Numbered from the stretch's first letter, positions 26,239 through 36,614 are shown. The stretch is DNA of 64,000 nt from an uncultured Bacteroidales bacterium (GCA_963829255.1 CAWHIG010000016.1:10145-74144), one strand, 5' to 3'. Program-made: numbers and translations. Notes: generated by a model from the sequence alone, not told the origin.

Positions 26239-26913
26239 ATGGCACGGTTTACCAGAATAGATGTCATCATTAAGATGCGGGAAGCAGGTATCGTACCTGT
26301 ATTTTATCATAAGGATCCTGAAGTATGCAGGAATGTAATTAAAGCTTGCTATGATGGCGGTATTAAAGTTTTTGAATTTACCAATCGCGGCGATTTTGCA
26401 CATGAATTATTCTCTGAGCTTAATAAATGGGCCGAAAAAGAAGTTCCCGGGTTAGTAATGGGAGCCGGATCAATAGTTGACGCCGGGACTGCTTCATTAT
26501 ACATTCAGCTGGGTGCGAATTTCATTGTTTCGCCTGTACTTAATCCTGAGATGGCAAAAGTATGCAACCGGAGAAAAATTCTATGGTCGCCGGGTTGTGG
26601 AACACTCTCAGAAATAAATTATGCCGAAGAACTTGGTGCCGAGATAGTTAAAATATTCCCCGGCTCTTCAGTAGGCGGACCTGATTTTGTCAGAGCAATT
26701 AAAGGACCCTGCCCATGGACAAGCATAATGCCTACAGGTGGAGTTGAACCGACCCTTGAAAACTTGACAGAATGGTTTAATGCAGGTGTAACCTGTGTAG
26801 GCATTGGATCAAATCTTATAACTAAAGAACATATCCTCAAAAAAAACTGGGCCGGTCTTACAAAGAGAGTTTCAGCAGCAGTTAAAGTAGCAAGAATGTT
26901 TCATGTGGATTAA
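26239..26913 (+). CDS. eda: 2-dehydro-3-deoxyphosphogluconate (KDPG)/4-hydroxy-2-oxoglutarate aldolase
   Basis: The ORF runs 26119..26913. The likely start is the ATG at 26239 (MARFTRIDVIIKMREAGIVPVFYH). Eda family sequence continues throughout (VFEFTNRG, EIVKIFPG, PTGGV). Confidence 0.85.
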   Translation: MARFTRIDVIIKMREAGIVPVFYHKDPEVCRNVIKACYDGGIKVFEFTNRGDFAHELFSELNKWAEKEVPGLVMGAGSIVDAGTASLYIQLGANFIVSPVLNPEMAKVCNRRKILWSPGCGTLSEINYAEELGAEIVKIFPGSSVGGPDFVRAIKGPCPWTSIMPTGGVEPTLENLTEWFNAGVTCVGIGSNLITKEHILKKNWAGLTKRVSAAVKVARMFHVD

Positions 26914-27055
26914 TCCTTTTCATTCCCGGCGAGCCTCAGTGCCCCTCTTAGGTCCACTCAGTAAATTGAAAAGCACAAACTTACACTGTATGAATCAGGT
27001 TGTCTGGCTTCATTATTAAAACACTATAACAAAATCATTAAATTTTATTAGAACT

Positions 27056-27709
27056 ATGAAAAAGTGGAAATTGTTTTTTTTGACATTTTTCTGCGGGAAT
27101 GCAATTCTCATGACTATTTCTGCACAGGATATTTCTCTTCCGGCGCCGGATAAAACCGGTGGTAAACCATTGATGCAGGCTTTGAATGAAAGGCAATCAA
27201 CCAGGACATTTACAAAAGATAACCTGACCCGGCAGCAACTTTCAGATCTGTTATGGGCAGGCTGGGGTATAAACAGAGCTGATGAGAAGAAAAGAACTGC
27301 TCCCTCAGCGAGGAATGTTCAGGAGATTGATGTATATGTAGCTCTGCCAGAAGGTCTTTATCTTTATGTTGCTGAAACAAATCTATTAAAGAATATCAAC
27401 AACAAAGACCTCAGGAAATTATGCGGAAGTCAGGATTTTGTTGCGGATGCTGCTTTGAACATCGTTTACGTTGCCGATATGAGCAAACTCGGCAAAAAAG
27501 AAGGCGATGAGATAAAAGATTCTGATTTGCTCTCCTCATATGCCAATACTGCATTTATCGCACAGAATGTATATCTCTATTGTGCGTCTGCAAATCTTGG
27601 ATGCGTAATAAGAGGTATGGTTCCAAAAGAGCAGCTCGCTCCTGAGATGGGTTTAAGAACAAATCAGAAAATAATACTCTCCCAGACTGTTGGAGTACCA
27701 AAAAAATAA
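27056..27709 (+). CDS. Nitroreductase-fold (SagB-type) protein with signal peptide
   Basis: 217-aa ORF with an N-terminal signal peptide and RQSTRTF ... LSDLLWAGWGINR, typical of the nitroreductase superfamily. Confidence 0.75.
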   Translation: MKKWKLFFLTFFCGNAILMTISAQDISLPAPDKTGGKPLMQALNERQSTRTFTKDNLTRQQLSDLLWAGWGINRADEKKRTAPSARNVQEIDVYVALPEGLYLYVAETNLLKNINNKDLRKLCGSQDFVADAALNIVYVADMSKLGKKEGDEIKDSDLLSSYANTAFIAQNVYLYCASANLGCVIRGMVPKEQLAPEMGLRTNQKIILSQTVGVPKK

Positions 27710-27720
27710 AACGAATTCTG

Positions 27721-27815
27721 GTGGGTGAAAGAGGCACAAAGAACACAAAGGTAAAAACCTATATTTAAGCACTTTGTGACCTTTGTGTTTCTTCCTTTGT
27801 GTACTTAGTGGTTAA
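27721..27815. repeat. Palindromic CACAAAG-type intergenic element
   Basis: ggcacaaagaacacaaaggtaaaaacctatattt ... cactttgtgacctttgtg ... cttagtggttaa. It shares the loop core ggtaaaaacctatattt with the copy at 35461. It lies between convergent genes. Confidence 0.8.
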
Positions 27816-27823
27816 ATAAAAAA

Positions 27824-30800
27824 TTATTCTGAAAGATCTTTAATTCGTATGTTTCTGAATTTTACCAGTGAACCATGGCCCAGAAACCCGATATGACCAG
27901 TCTTGTTTTTTAATCCGGGGTGGGCATTGTGATCCATTGTTCCGTTGTCTCTTGGACCAGCAATATCGCCATCAACAATTGTAGTTCCGTTAAGAACAAT
28001 TGTAATCCGGGTTCCTCTGGCAGTGACCTCTTCATAATTCCATTCACCGAGCGGCTTTAGAAATCCTCTTCTCGCAGGAATTACACCATATACCGATCCG
28101 TGATACTGGTAAGGTTGCAGATTTGCATAAACAGGAGCAGTGTCATCAAGTATCTGAAGCTCCATTCCCACATAAGCTGCATCTCCGGTGAGAGGAGCTC
28201 TGATTCCCAGACCATTATTTGCAGCTGGTGTAAGCTGAAATTCAAAACGGAATATAAAATCAGCATACTCATTGGCAGTATACAGGTTTCCACCCGAATC
28301 ATCGACAGGCTTGATAACAATCATACCATCTTCCGCCACATATGACTGTTTGTTCCCAACCCAGTTATCAAGATTTCTTCCATTGAATAGAGAAACATAT
28401 CCTTCAGCTCTCTCTTCAGGAGTAAGATTAAATTCCTTATCACTTATTTCTCTTACATATATATCTCTGAAAGCCAGATCAGTACCATGTGCCTGAAGCT
28501 CAATAGCCCCTTTTGGGAAAATAGGAATTTTTCGGTCCCAATAATTTTCCATAGTTACATTATCTACAACTGGTTCTCCATTCAGCCAGACTGAAACCTT
28601 TTCACCGATCATTACAATTCTGAAACTATTCCAGTCTCCAACAGGATTATCAGCTACTTTGAGAGGTTTGGAAGGATTTACCTGGTTATTGTATAGTCCT
28701 CCCGAACCAACCTGTGCTCCTACCTCCACTCTGGAAGTATCCCATATCTGAACCTGCGGAGAACCTCTGAGATAGATACCGCTGTCGCCTTTCTTTGTGA
28801 TTTTCCAGTCAATCAACATTTCAAAATCACCGTATTCCTTTATTGAGCAAAGATTATCCCCGGCACCGTTGAACCATATACATCCATCTTTTACACTCCA
28901 GTTTGCTGCTACTTTTTTATTTGCTTCGATCTGCTTTTTTGCCAGTTCTGCAGGTTTCATCTTTGCCCGTGTAACCGGGTTTTCAACAAGTCCCTGCCAC
29001 CCGGAAAGATCCTTACCGTTAAACATCGGTTTAAAACCCTCGTCAGCTGGCATCGCAGCTAAATATTTATTTACCATCTCTTTATCATACTCACTTTCCT
29101 GACCTTTAAGTTTACCGGCTGCTCTGGCAAGAATATCCTTTACAAGGTCTCCATACAGGCCTGCCTTTGAATTTACTGAAGGAAGGGCGATATACATAGC
29201 GGCTTTGGCGGCGATGGCCGAAGTTGAAGAATCTTCGAGATAGTTTGCAACAAAATAGAGAGACTGATAGGTTTTGAGTTTCCCTATTGCGGCAAGGAGT
29301 TCGTTTTTACGGTCAGGGCTAAGTGCAAAGGGCATGATCTTTCTGTAAAAGAGCAGCTTCTGCTCATCTTTTAGATCAGTGGAGTTAATTTGTTTTACAT
29401 ATCCCTCAAAAGCCGGTCCCTCATAAGTTTTATTTCCGGAAGCGCATATCTCATATAACGCTGAAGAAGCAGAATAATCCTTCCAGTTTGTAAGAGCCTT
29501 GAAACACGCCTCACGAATATCAGGATTTCCATTTTCAAATTCCTTCAGGACTGTTTTCAGAGCTTCGCGTCCTCCGGTTATTGCCAGGACAGGTATAAGC
29601 TTTTCCTTTTTAATTTTGCCGTCCATAGCTTTAAGAATAGCTTCAGATCTTTTTTCAGGATCAGATATTTTACCGGCAGCGACGGCAATTGCTGTCTGGA
29701 TATCTGCGGTATAATTCTGGTTATCAGGAACTGAAAGAAGCTCAATCAGTTTTGTCTGATCAGCTGGTCCGGCGAGATTTGCCAGGGCTTTAATCGCTGC
29801 TTTTTTTACAGGTTCTTCAGTTGATGAGGTTAAAGGAAAAACTTCTGAAAAATACTCATTACCCTTATTCCAGGCCAGCAACTCAATTGTACTTTTTCTG
29901 GCTGCTGCCGAACCACTTTTGAGAACAGGTATCAGCATTGACATATTATCGCTGCCACAAACAGTCATCAAAGCCGATTTTGCAGCTTCCTGATCAGCAT
30001 CGCTGCTGAATTTCATCATATAATCTATCAATGCCGGTATTGACTCACTTCCACTTATCTTAACAATAGCCTCAGAAGCCTCGATCCTGACACGCAAATC
30101 CTTATCCGATAACGAAGCTGTGATAAGAGGTAATGCCAACTTATCAGCTCTGATACCCAGCATGTTTATTAATTCAGGCCGTGCATCAGGAATAGCTTTT
30201 GGAAAATATTCAATCCACTTCTTTACTGCTTCTTTTTCCGGAATTGAGAGTGACATTTGCATAGCAGCGTTTCTGTATTTGCTATTTGCATGAGCCGCCG
30301 CTTTGATAATGTTATCCATTGCACTGAAACCATGAAATCTGACATAGATATCAAGTGCAACAGTTTTATTTTGAATTGTAATATTATCGTCGCATTTTGA
30401 GATGATAAGCTTACAGATCTTATCCATAGTTTTAATATCCCCATTCTGACCGACAACACTGGCGAAGTTAAGCAGTGAAGCCGTTGCACCGGTAACTTCC
30501 CACATGTATGAAACCTCTTTAGCAGCTTTTAATAGAACAGGATAAGCTGATTGGCTGCCGCTCCAGGCCAATGCATTGTATGCAGAAGATTTAATGTTTA
30601 TATCTCCAACTGAAGCCCATTTAATATACTCATTTACACCTGACTGTGATTTCATTAATGCCAGTGTATTCATTACTGACGCTGCACAGGGAAGGTCTTC
30701 GTTCTTCAGCGATTCAGCTAAAATTTTCTCAGCAGTTTTTCCACCAACGGCTGTTATAACTCCTAATGCCGGGCCACTTATTTCCTTACTTGAGAGGTAA

Positions 30801-31231
30801 ATTTTCATGGCTTCTGCTGATTGTTCTCCTCCAAATTGCTGAAGTTGTTTCATGAAAAAGTCTTTTACTCCAAAGTCCTTTTGTCCGGTAGCATAGCTGA
30901 TACATACTTTTTCCCACATTGCTCTTCCATTTTCATTATTATTCCCTGAAAGAAAACGTGAAAGGCCTTCAACAGCGAATCTGGCACGGGTGTCATCGCC
31001 AGTTCCAGAGGGAATGACCTGATCGCATATTTGTTTTATTCCGTCTTCCCCAAGAATAAGCATATCCGCCATAAGTCTTTCGGTCAATTTCTGGTCGTTT
31101 GCAGGAAGACGGGCAAGAAGGTCAGCTACTTTCGTTTCGGTGGTCCTTTGATCTTGTGGAAAAGATGCTAAAGAAAAAAGGAAGAGAAAAAAACTTAAGA
31201 GAAATATTTTCATGTCAGTAAATTTATACAT
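27824..31231 (-). CDS. Secreted HEAT-repeat protein with two C-terminal DUF1080 (3-keto-disaccharide hydrolase-like) domains
   Basis: 1135-aa ORF with a signal peptide and long HEAT/ARM-like helical repeats. Two DUF1080 openings are present: FNGKDLSGWQG and FNGRNLDNWVG. Confidence 0.75.
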   Translation of the reverse strand: MYKFTDMKIFLLSFFLFLFSLASFPQDQRTTETKVADLLARLPANDQKLTERLMADMLILGEDGIKQICDQVIPSGTGDDTRARFAVEGLSRFLSGNNNENGRAMWEKVCISYATGQKDFGVKDFFMKQLQQFGGEQSAEAMKIYLSSKEISGPALGVITAVGGKTAEKILAESLKNEDLPCAASVMNTLALMKSQSGVNEYIKWASVGDINIKSSAYNALAWSGSQSAYPVLLKAAKEVSYMWEVTGATASLLNFASVVGQNGDIKTMDKICKLIISKCDDNITIQNKTVALDIYVRFHGFSAMDNIIKAAAHANSKYRNAAMQMSLSIPEKEAVKKWIEYFPKAIPDARPELINMLGIRADKLALPLITASLSDKDLRVRIEASEAIVKISGSESIPALIDYMMKFSSDADQEAAKSALMTVCGSDNMSMLIPVLKSGSAAARKSTIELLAWNKGNEYFSEVFPLTSSTEEPVKKAAIKALANLAGPADQTKLIELLSVPDNQNYTADIQTAIAVAAGKISDPEKRSEAILKAMDGKIKKEKLIPVLAITGGREALKTVLKEFENGNPDIREACFKALTNWKDYSASSALYEICASGNKTYEGPAFEGYVKQINSTDLKDEQKLLFYRKIMPFALSPDRKNELLAAIGKLKTYQSLYFVANYLEDSSTSAIAAKAAMYIALPSVNSKAGLYGDLVKDILARAAGKLKGQESEYDKEMVNKYLAAMPADEGFKPMFNGKDLSGWQGLVENPVTRAKMKPAELAKKQIEANKKVAANWSVKDGCIWFNGAGDNLCSIKEYGDFEMLIDWKITKKGDSGIYLRGSPQVQIWDTSRVEVGAQVGSGGLYNNQVNPSKPLKVADNPVGDWNSFRIVMIGEKVSVWLNGEPVVDNVTMENYWDRKIPIFPKGAIELQAHGTDLAFRDIYVREISDKEFNLTPEERAEGYVSLFNGRNLDNWVGNKQSYVAEDGMIVIKPVDDSGGNLYTANEYADFIFRFEFQLTPAANNGLGIRAPLTGDAAYVGMELQILDDTAPVYANLQPYQYHGSVYGVIPARRGFLKPLGEWNYEEVTARGTRITIVLNGTTIVDGDIAGPRDNGTMDHNAHPGLKNKTGHIGFLGHGSLVKFRNIRIKDLSE

Positions 31232-31250
31232 TCAAATCATATATCATTTA

Positions 31251-32519
31251 TCATATTTTCCAGGGCCCGCGCATAGGTGGATTTATCAGTCTGTTGGCAC
31301 CATCATCATTGATAAACTGCTGTTTCACAGGATCATAATTGAGGTTTCTACCCAATCTAAGTGCAATTATTCCAAGGTTTACAATCGAACACGATCTGTG
31401 CCCATTGACCTCATTAAGTGCAAATTTTTTCCTGGAAAGAACTGATTCGGTGAACGTTCCAATTTGTGGGGAGGGATCGGGAAGAGAATCTATCAGTTTT
31501 TGAAAATCAGGAATATCAGATCTGAAACCTTTATATACTTTCCCGTTTGGACCTTCGATATAAGCAGCATCTTTATCGCGGTTTTCACCATCAAGAACTA
31601 TCTGGCACCCGTCACTATAAGTAAAAGTTATTCTCCGCCATGAGCCAACTGCATCATAATGTTGCTGAGGCGCATCAATTTCAACAGTTACCGGTCCGGT
31701 ATCATCTTTACCAAGAAAGTACTGAACAGGATCGAGATAATGCTGACCCATGTCTCCCAGGCCACCACCGTCATAATCCCAATATCCGCGAAATTTTGCA
31801 TGCACCCTTTCAGGATTATATGGCTTATACGGAGCGGGACCAAGCCAGAAATCGTAGTCAAGCTCAGCGGGGACAGGCATTGATTGCAGATTTTGAAGTC
31901 CACTCCAATAAAACTTCCAGTCGTAACCGGTTATTCCGCTGACTGTCACTTTAAGCGGCCAGCCAAGAGCTCCGCTATCGACGAGTTTCTTCAACGGTTT
32001 TACGGTCGTTCCAAGACCATAGAACTGATCTTTAAACCTGAACCATGTATTAAGACGGAACATCCGGCCATTTTTCTGAACTGCTTCAACCACTTTTATT
32101 CCTTCTCCGATTGTCCGAGTCATTGGTTTTTCACACCAGATATCTTTGCCAGCCTCAGCAGCAATTCTGGCTATAATACCATGCCAGTGAGGCGGAGTGG
32201 CAATGTGAACAATATCAATATCTTGTCTGGCAATCAGTTCACGAAAGTCGTGGTAACCTTTGATATTTCCTCCGGCCAATGCGATAGCCTGATCAAGGTG
32301 AGATCTATCTACATCACAAACCGCCAACAAGCGCGTACCTTCATATTCAAAGTGGTTCCGCCCCATCCCGCCAACTCCAATAATTCCTTTAGTAAGCTGA
32401 TCACTTGGAGCCGTATATCCCTGTCCTCCAAATATATGCCGGGGCACAATTGTCAAGGCAAGGGTAGTGATAACTGTTTTTTTCAGAAAATCACGTCTGT
32501 CTGATCTGACTTTTTTCAT
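31251..32519 (-). CDS. Gfo/Idh/MocA oxidoreductase with twin-arginine (Tat) signal
   Basis: 422-aa ORF with SDRRDFLKKTV at the N-terminus, a Rossmann segment (GIIGVGGMG) and an EKPM motif. Confidence 0.85.
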   Translation of the reverse strand: MKKVRSDRRDFLKKTVITTLALTIVPRHIFGGQGYTAPSDQLTKGIIGVGGMGRNHFEYEGTRLLAVCDVDRSHLDQAIALAGGNIKGYHDFRELIARQDIDIVHIATPPHWHGIIARIAAEAGKDIWCEKPMTRTIGEGIKVVEAVQKNGRMFRLNTWFRFKDQFYGLGTTVKPLKKLVDSGALGWPLKVTVSGITGYDWKFYWSGLQNLQSMPVPAELDYDFWLGPAPYKPYNPERVHAKFRGYWDYDGGGLGDMGQHYLDPVQYFLGKDDTGPVTVEIDAPQQHYDAVGSWRRITFTYSDGCQIVLDGENRDKDAAYIEGPNGKVYKGFRSDIPDFQKLIDSLPDPSPQIGTFTESVLSRKKFALNEVNGHRSCSIVNLGIIALRLGRNLNYDPVKQQFINDDGANRLINPPMRGPWKI

Positions 32520-32723
32520 GTTCGCAGGGTTTGCATTTAAGCAAAAAAAATTTAGAAATACGAATTGTAAATCAGGGTATTTAACTTATCCTAATTACTC
32601 TGCAATTTGCATGTTTTATAACCAATTAACAAGTAGGAAAGGTCTATTTTTTTTTAAAACCTGAATCATGTATTTGAGCAGCGTGAGAAGAAATCTGTAC
32701 CAGGACAGGCTTTAAAACCAGAA

Positions 32724-32834
32724 CCCCTTCAGTAACTGTAGCTTTCTGTAAGGAGAACTACAACACTGAAGGGGATAGTTCATCCCGGAGAAAGAAGGGA
32801 AATAGGGAAAATGGGGAACACAGACTCCGGGATG
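32724..32834. other. Two adjacent 10-bp-stem hairpins in a 500-nt non-coding gap
   Basis: ccccttcagt (32724-32733) pairs with actgaagggg (32765-32774). catcccggag (32781-32790) pairs with ctccgggatg (32825-32834). Confidence 0.6.
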
Positions 32835-33020
32835 GAAGTGAATTAACCTAAACTTTTTATAAATTATTACATTTCAACAATAAATTTCATTTGAGGTAAC
32901 CTGATTTAAATCCGTACTAAGATATCCCGATATTCTGTTTGATTATTAGAATTACTAAAGGATTGTATGAAATTCAGCCCCTAATGTATGAATAGCCTGC
33001 TCCGGAGTATGATCGATCTA

Positions 33021-33956
33021 TTACATCAATGGAAGTGCATGTTGAACTGAATTCCAAAAATTATCATTAAGAAGGTATGCGCTTCCCAGAAGAGCTGCAT
33101 CTTCTTTCAGTTCTGAAATAGTTACCTCGCATGTACAATTTTCCTTTTTCAATCTCTCTTCAAATACGTCGCCAAAAAGGTTATATGCATGAGATATATT
33201 TCCCCCGATAACTAATATTTCAGCTCTGAACTTTTTAAGCCAGGGTGCAAGGAATAATCCGGCGTTATCTCCAAAATCTGCAAATAGATCGGCAACTACC
33301 TTGCTGGTTGCAGCAATGGCAGCGAGCTCCCTTACCCCGCTCAACTTTTTGCCGCTTATCTTCTTATATCTGGAAAGTAATCCCCGGGTTGAAAAATAAT
33401 CATCAGCAATTCCGTCTTTATAAGGAAGGTGATAAATACATCCTGATTCAGGTACTTCCGGTCCGTCAACGATCGGTATGCCTTTACTGATAAATGCAGA
33501 TCCGAAGCCTGTGCCAAGAGTAATTGAGAGTGAACGGTCGAACCCTGATGCACTTCCTGCCCACGCTTCTCCAACTGCGAAAGATGATGCATCATTCATA
33601 AATCGGATGAGGAAATCATCATGAAAACCGAGACCATGTGAAATTGCTTCAGAAACATTTAATCCGTAAAGATTTTCATATTTTGCCACACCGCGGATAT
33701 AGGAAATGCCTTTCACATAGTCAAATGGACCGGGCATAGCAAAACCAATCCCCTTAACATTTTCAAAAGTAACTTTTGATAAAGCAGCCGATAAAACCTG
33801 TGTCCAGATAGCGATTATTGTGCTTGCCTGTGCTTGATTATCAACTGATCTTTCTGTTAAAGTTTCCCTGATAATCTTTCCCGAAACCAGATCAACAGCG
33901 GCACAACTGATATGACTTCCTCCTATATCAGTTCCTATTGCGATGTTTTTATTCAT
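33021..33956 (-). CDS. ROK family sugar kinase
   Basis: 311-aa ORF with IGTDIGGSHISCAAVD at the N-terminus and ROK-type sequence throughout. Confidence 0.85.
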   Translation of the reverse strand: MNKNIAIGTDIGGSHISCAAVDLVSGKIIRETLTERSVDNQAQASTIIAIWTQVLSAALSKVTFENVKGIGFAMPGPFDYVKGISYIRGVAKYENLYGLNVSEAISHGLGFHDDFLIRFMNDASSFAVGEAWAGSASGFDRSLSITLGTGFGSAFISKGIPIVDGPEVPESGCIYHLPYKDGIADDYFSTRGLLSRYKKISGKKLSGVRELAAIAATSKVVADLFADFGDNAGLFLAPWLKKFRAEILVIGGNISHAYNLFGDVFEERLKKENCTCEVTISELKEDAALLGSAYLLNDNFWNSVQHALPLM

Positions 33957-34123
33957 ACAAAAAGGAAAATTATAATCTGTACAAAATTGATATCAAATCA
34001 ACCGTTGAAAATATCTAATTTTGTCATCAATGCAAAATATATCACTGCAGGGGTAAAACCATAATTTAGACAGGTTGAACAATAATTCTAAGAATTCGAT
34101 ACATTTACTAAAAATACAGCAGC

Positions 34124-35431
34124 ATGCCAAAAGTAACAAAAGAAGATGCGCTTCTCTACCATAGCAGAGGACGCCATGGTAAGATAGAAGTAATACCCAC
34201 AAAACCATATAGTACCCAGTTTGATCTCAGTATGGCATATACGCCCGGGGTTGCTTATCCATGTCTGGAAATTGAAAAGACACCTGAGGCTGTTTATAAT
34301 TATACTGCGAAAGGGAATCTTGTGGCTGTAATTTCAAATGGGACTGCGGTACTTGGGCTCGGGGATATCGGTACCATGGCCGGCAAACCCGTCATGGAAG
34401 GTAAAGGACTTCTGTTTAAGGTATTTGCCGATGTTGACGTATTCGATATTGAAGTTGATGAAAAAGATCCCATAAAATTGATTGAGTTTTGCAGGCAAAT
34501 AGCTCCTACTTTCGGCGGAATAAACCTCGAAGATATTAAAGCTCCAGAATGCTTCGAGGTTGAAACAGCGCTAAAAAAGATTCTTGATATTCCGGTTTTT
34601 CATGATGATCAGCACGGAACCGCAATAATCTCTGCAGCAGGTTTGCTAAACTCTCTTGAAATAATAGGGAAAAAAATAGAGGATATAAAAGTAGTTGTAT
34701 GTGGCGCAGGTGCAGCTGCGATTTCTTGTTCCAGATTATATGTTTCTCTTGGTGTGAGCAAATCGAATATCGTAATGGCCGATTCGAAAGGTATTATTAA
34801 TACGAAAAGGAAAGATCTGAACAAATATAAGCAGGAATTCATCACCAGCAGAAACCTTGATACTCTGCAACAGGCAGTAAAGGGAGCAGACCTTTTTCTC
34901 GGTCTGTCCGCCGCATGCACGATGACAAAAGAAATGCTGGCATCAATGGCAGATAACCCGATTGTTTTTGCTATGGCAAATCCTAATCCCGAAATCTCGT
35001 TCGAAGATGCGATGGCAACCAGGGATGACATGATTTTTGCCACCGGAAGATCAGATTATCCCAACCAGATCAATAATGTTCTGGGATTCCCATTCATTTT
35101 CCGTGGTGCACTTGATGTGAGAGCCTCAACTATTAATGAAGAGATGAAACTGGCTGCCTCAAAGGCGCTTGCTGCACTTGCCAAAGAGCCTGTTCCCGAA
35201 TCTGTATTAAAAGCATATAATGTTGAAAAACTTAAATTCGGAAAAGAATATATTATTCCGAAGCCGGTTGATCCAAGGTTAATATCACGTGTGGCTCCGG
35301 CAGTTGCCAAAGCCGCAATGGACAGTGGTGTGGCTAAATACCCGATAACTGATTGGGATGCCTACAAGAAAAGTCTGGACAGAAGACTAAGTGAGCACAT
35401 AAAAAAAATAGCTGACTGCAGCAGTATGTAA
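34124..35431 (+). CDS. NAD(P)-dependent malic enzyme (short form, no PTA domain)
   Basis: 435-aa ORF with SMAYTPGVA, LGLGDIG, FGGINLEDI and GAGAAA motifs of malic enzymes. Confidence 0.9.
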   Translation: MPKVTKEDALLYHSRGRHGKIEVIPTKPYSTQFDLSMAYTPGVAYPCLEIEKTPEAVYNYTAKGNLVAVISNGTAVLGLGDIGTMAGKPVMEGKGLLFKVFADVDVFDIEVDEKDPIKLIEFCRQIAPTFGGINLEDIKAPECFEVETALKKILDIPVFHDDQHGTAIISAAGLLNSLEIIGKKIEDIKVVVCGAGAAAISCSRLYVSLGVSKSNIVMADSKGIINTKRKDLNKYKQEFITSRNLDTLQQAVKGADLFLGLSAACTMTKEMLASMADNPIVFAMANPNPEISFEDAMATRDDMIFATGRSDYPNQINNVLGFPFIFRGALDVRASTINEEMKLAASKALAALAKEPVPESVLKAYNVEKLKFGKEYIIPKPVDPRLISRVAPAVAKAAMDSGVAKYPITDWDAYKKSLDRRLSEHIKKIADCSSM

Positions 35432-35460
35432 AATAAAATAAGGACAGTTAAAAAAATCTT

Positions 35461-35580
35461 TTAACCACAAAGTACACAAAGAAGGCGCAAAGCACACAAA
35501 GGTAAAAACCTATATTTCATCCCTATAGGTATCAGGACTTTGTGATCTTTGTGTAAATACTTAGTGATCTTTGTGGTTAA
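35461..35580. repeat. Palindromic CACAAAG-type intergenic element, complete copy
   Basis: The terminal 12-nt inverted repeat is perfect: TTAACCACAAAG / CTTTGTGGTTAA. The internal arms are cacaaag / ctttgtg around ggtaaaaacctatattt. It lies between convergent genes. Confidence 0.85.
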
Positions 35581-35598
35581 TGGATTTAAATTTTGTAT

Positions 35599-36321
35599 TC
35601 AGCAAATCCTGCCAATCTTTTTCCTGTCGGCAATCTGTCTGCAGACTTTCTTTTCATACATTAATAGAATCGTATCTGCAATTTCCTGAATTGAGAAGGA
35701 GCTCCGGTTAATTGTTGCATCGAACAGGTAATCAATGTTCAGAGGCTTCTTTTCCATAAAAGCATGTATAAGATTAAACCGTTTTTCATCCGTATCCAGA
35801 ACAAATTTTTCGGCAGTCTCCAGGTTCATTCCCTTCTTTTTCATCACATTTTCCACCCTCCAGTAGAATGGAGCAATGAGCCTGATATGAAGAGCATCAG
35901 AAATCTCATGCGCAATTGAGACTCCACCTCTTCCAACCAATATAATAAAACCCTCTTTACAAATTGAAAGCACAACATCTTTTATGGCTTTTTTTACCCT
36001 CAGATCGCTCACAAAACCGCCAGAGAAAGCCATTATCATTTCCGAAAGATTTGATAATTCAATTCCTTTATAGAAATTTTCAACGCGTTGAGTATCCGTA
36101 TTCAGCTCCCTTGCAATAGCATATATTATGTCCTTATCGACCCATTTCCATTTAGTAGTTCCAAATTTATGGTTAAGATCATCTGTCAGTATAGCAGCGA
36201 CCTGGCGGGCATCACATCCTGTCAACCGGGAAAGAGTGATTACAGGACCATCTTCAGCAGGAGCCTTTTTAAGTATTGACTCTCTGTACCGACCGTCGAA
36301 ATAATCAAAAAATTTTTCCAT
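35599..36321 (-). CDS. Cytidylate-kinase-like family protein
   Basis: 240-aa ORF. An N-terminal PVITLSRLTGCDARQVA segment replaces a classical P-loop, as in that family (recognition from memory). Confidence 0.6.
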   Translation of the reverse strand: MEKFFDYFDGRYRESILKKAPAEDGPVITLSRLTGCDARQVAAILTDDLNHKFGTTKWKWVDKDIIYAIARELNTDTQRVENFYKGIELSNLSEMIMAFSGGFVSDLRVKKAIKDVVLSICKEGFIILVGRGGVSIAHEISDALHIRLIAPFYWRVENVMKKKGMNLETAEKFVLDTDEKRFNLIHAFMEKKPLNIDYLFDATINRSSFSIQEIADTILLMYEKKVCRQIADRKKIGRIC

Positions 36322-36614
36322 CTGACTTGTCTCCTTTATATTGGTAACTTATTTAAGATGCTTAAACACATAGCGTGTATTATCTTGAATAATAATTACT
36401 TATCCCGTATAACCAACGGATGAGATTTGTCGAAACTCAGAACAGTTTCAAATGAAATATTAACCATATAATTTACGAAAAATAAATGAATCGCTAAAAT
36501 TTTTTTATAACACTACTCTCTGTAACCCTTATATTAATAAATTTGTCAACTAATGATAAAATTACTGTTCTGGCTGGTCCGATTTTTGAGGAATAATAGT
36601 TTAACAGACTATAA

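Noticed and set aside
31640-32504. Plus-strand ORFs (up to 206 aa) overlapping the Tat-oxidoreductase gene
   Set aside because: They are antisense to a 422-aa ORF with a Tat signal and Rossmann motifs, and they have no recognisable motifs of their own.
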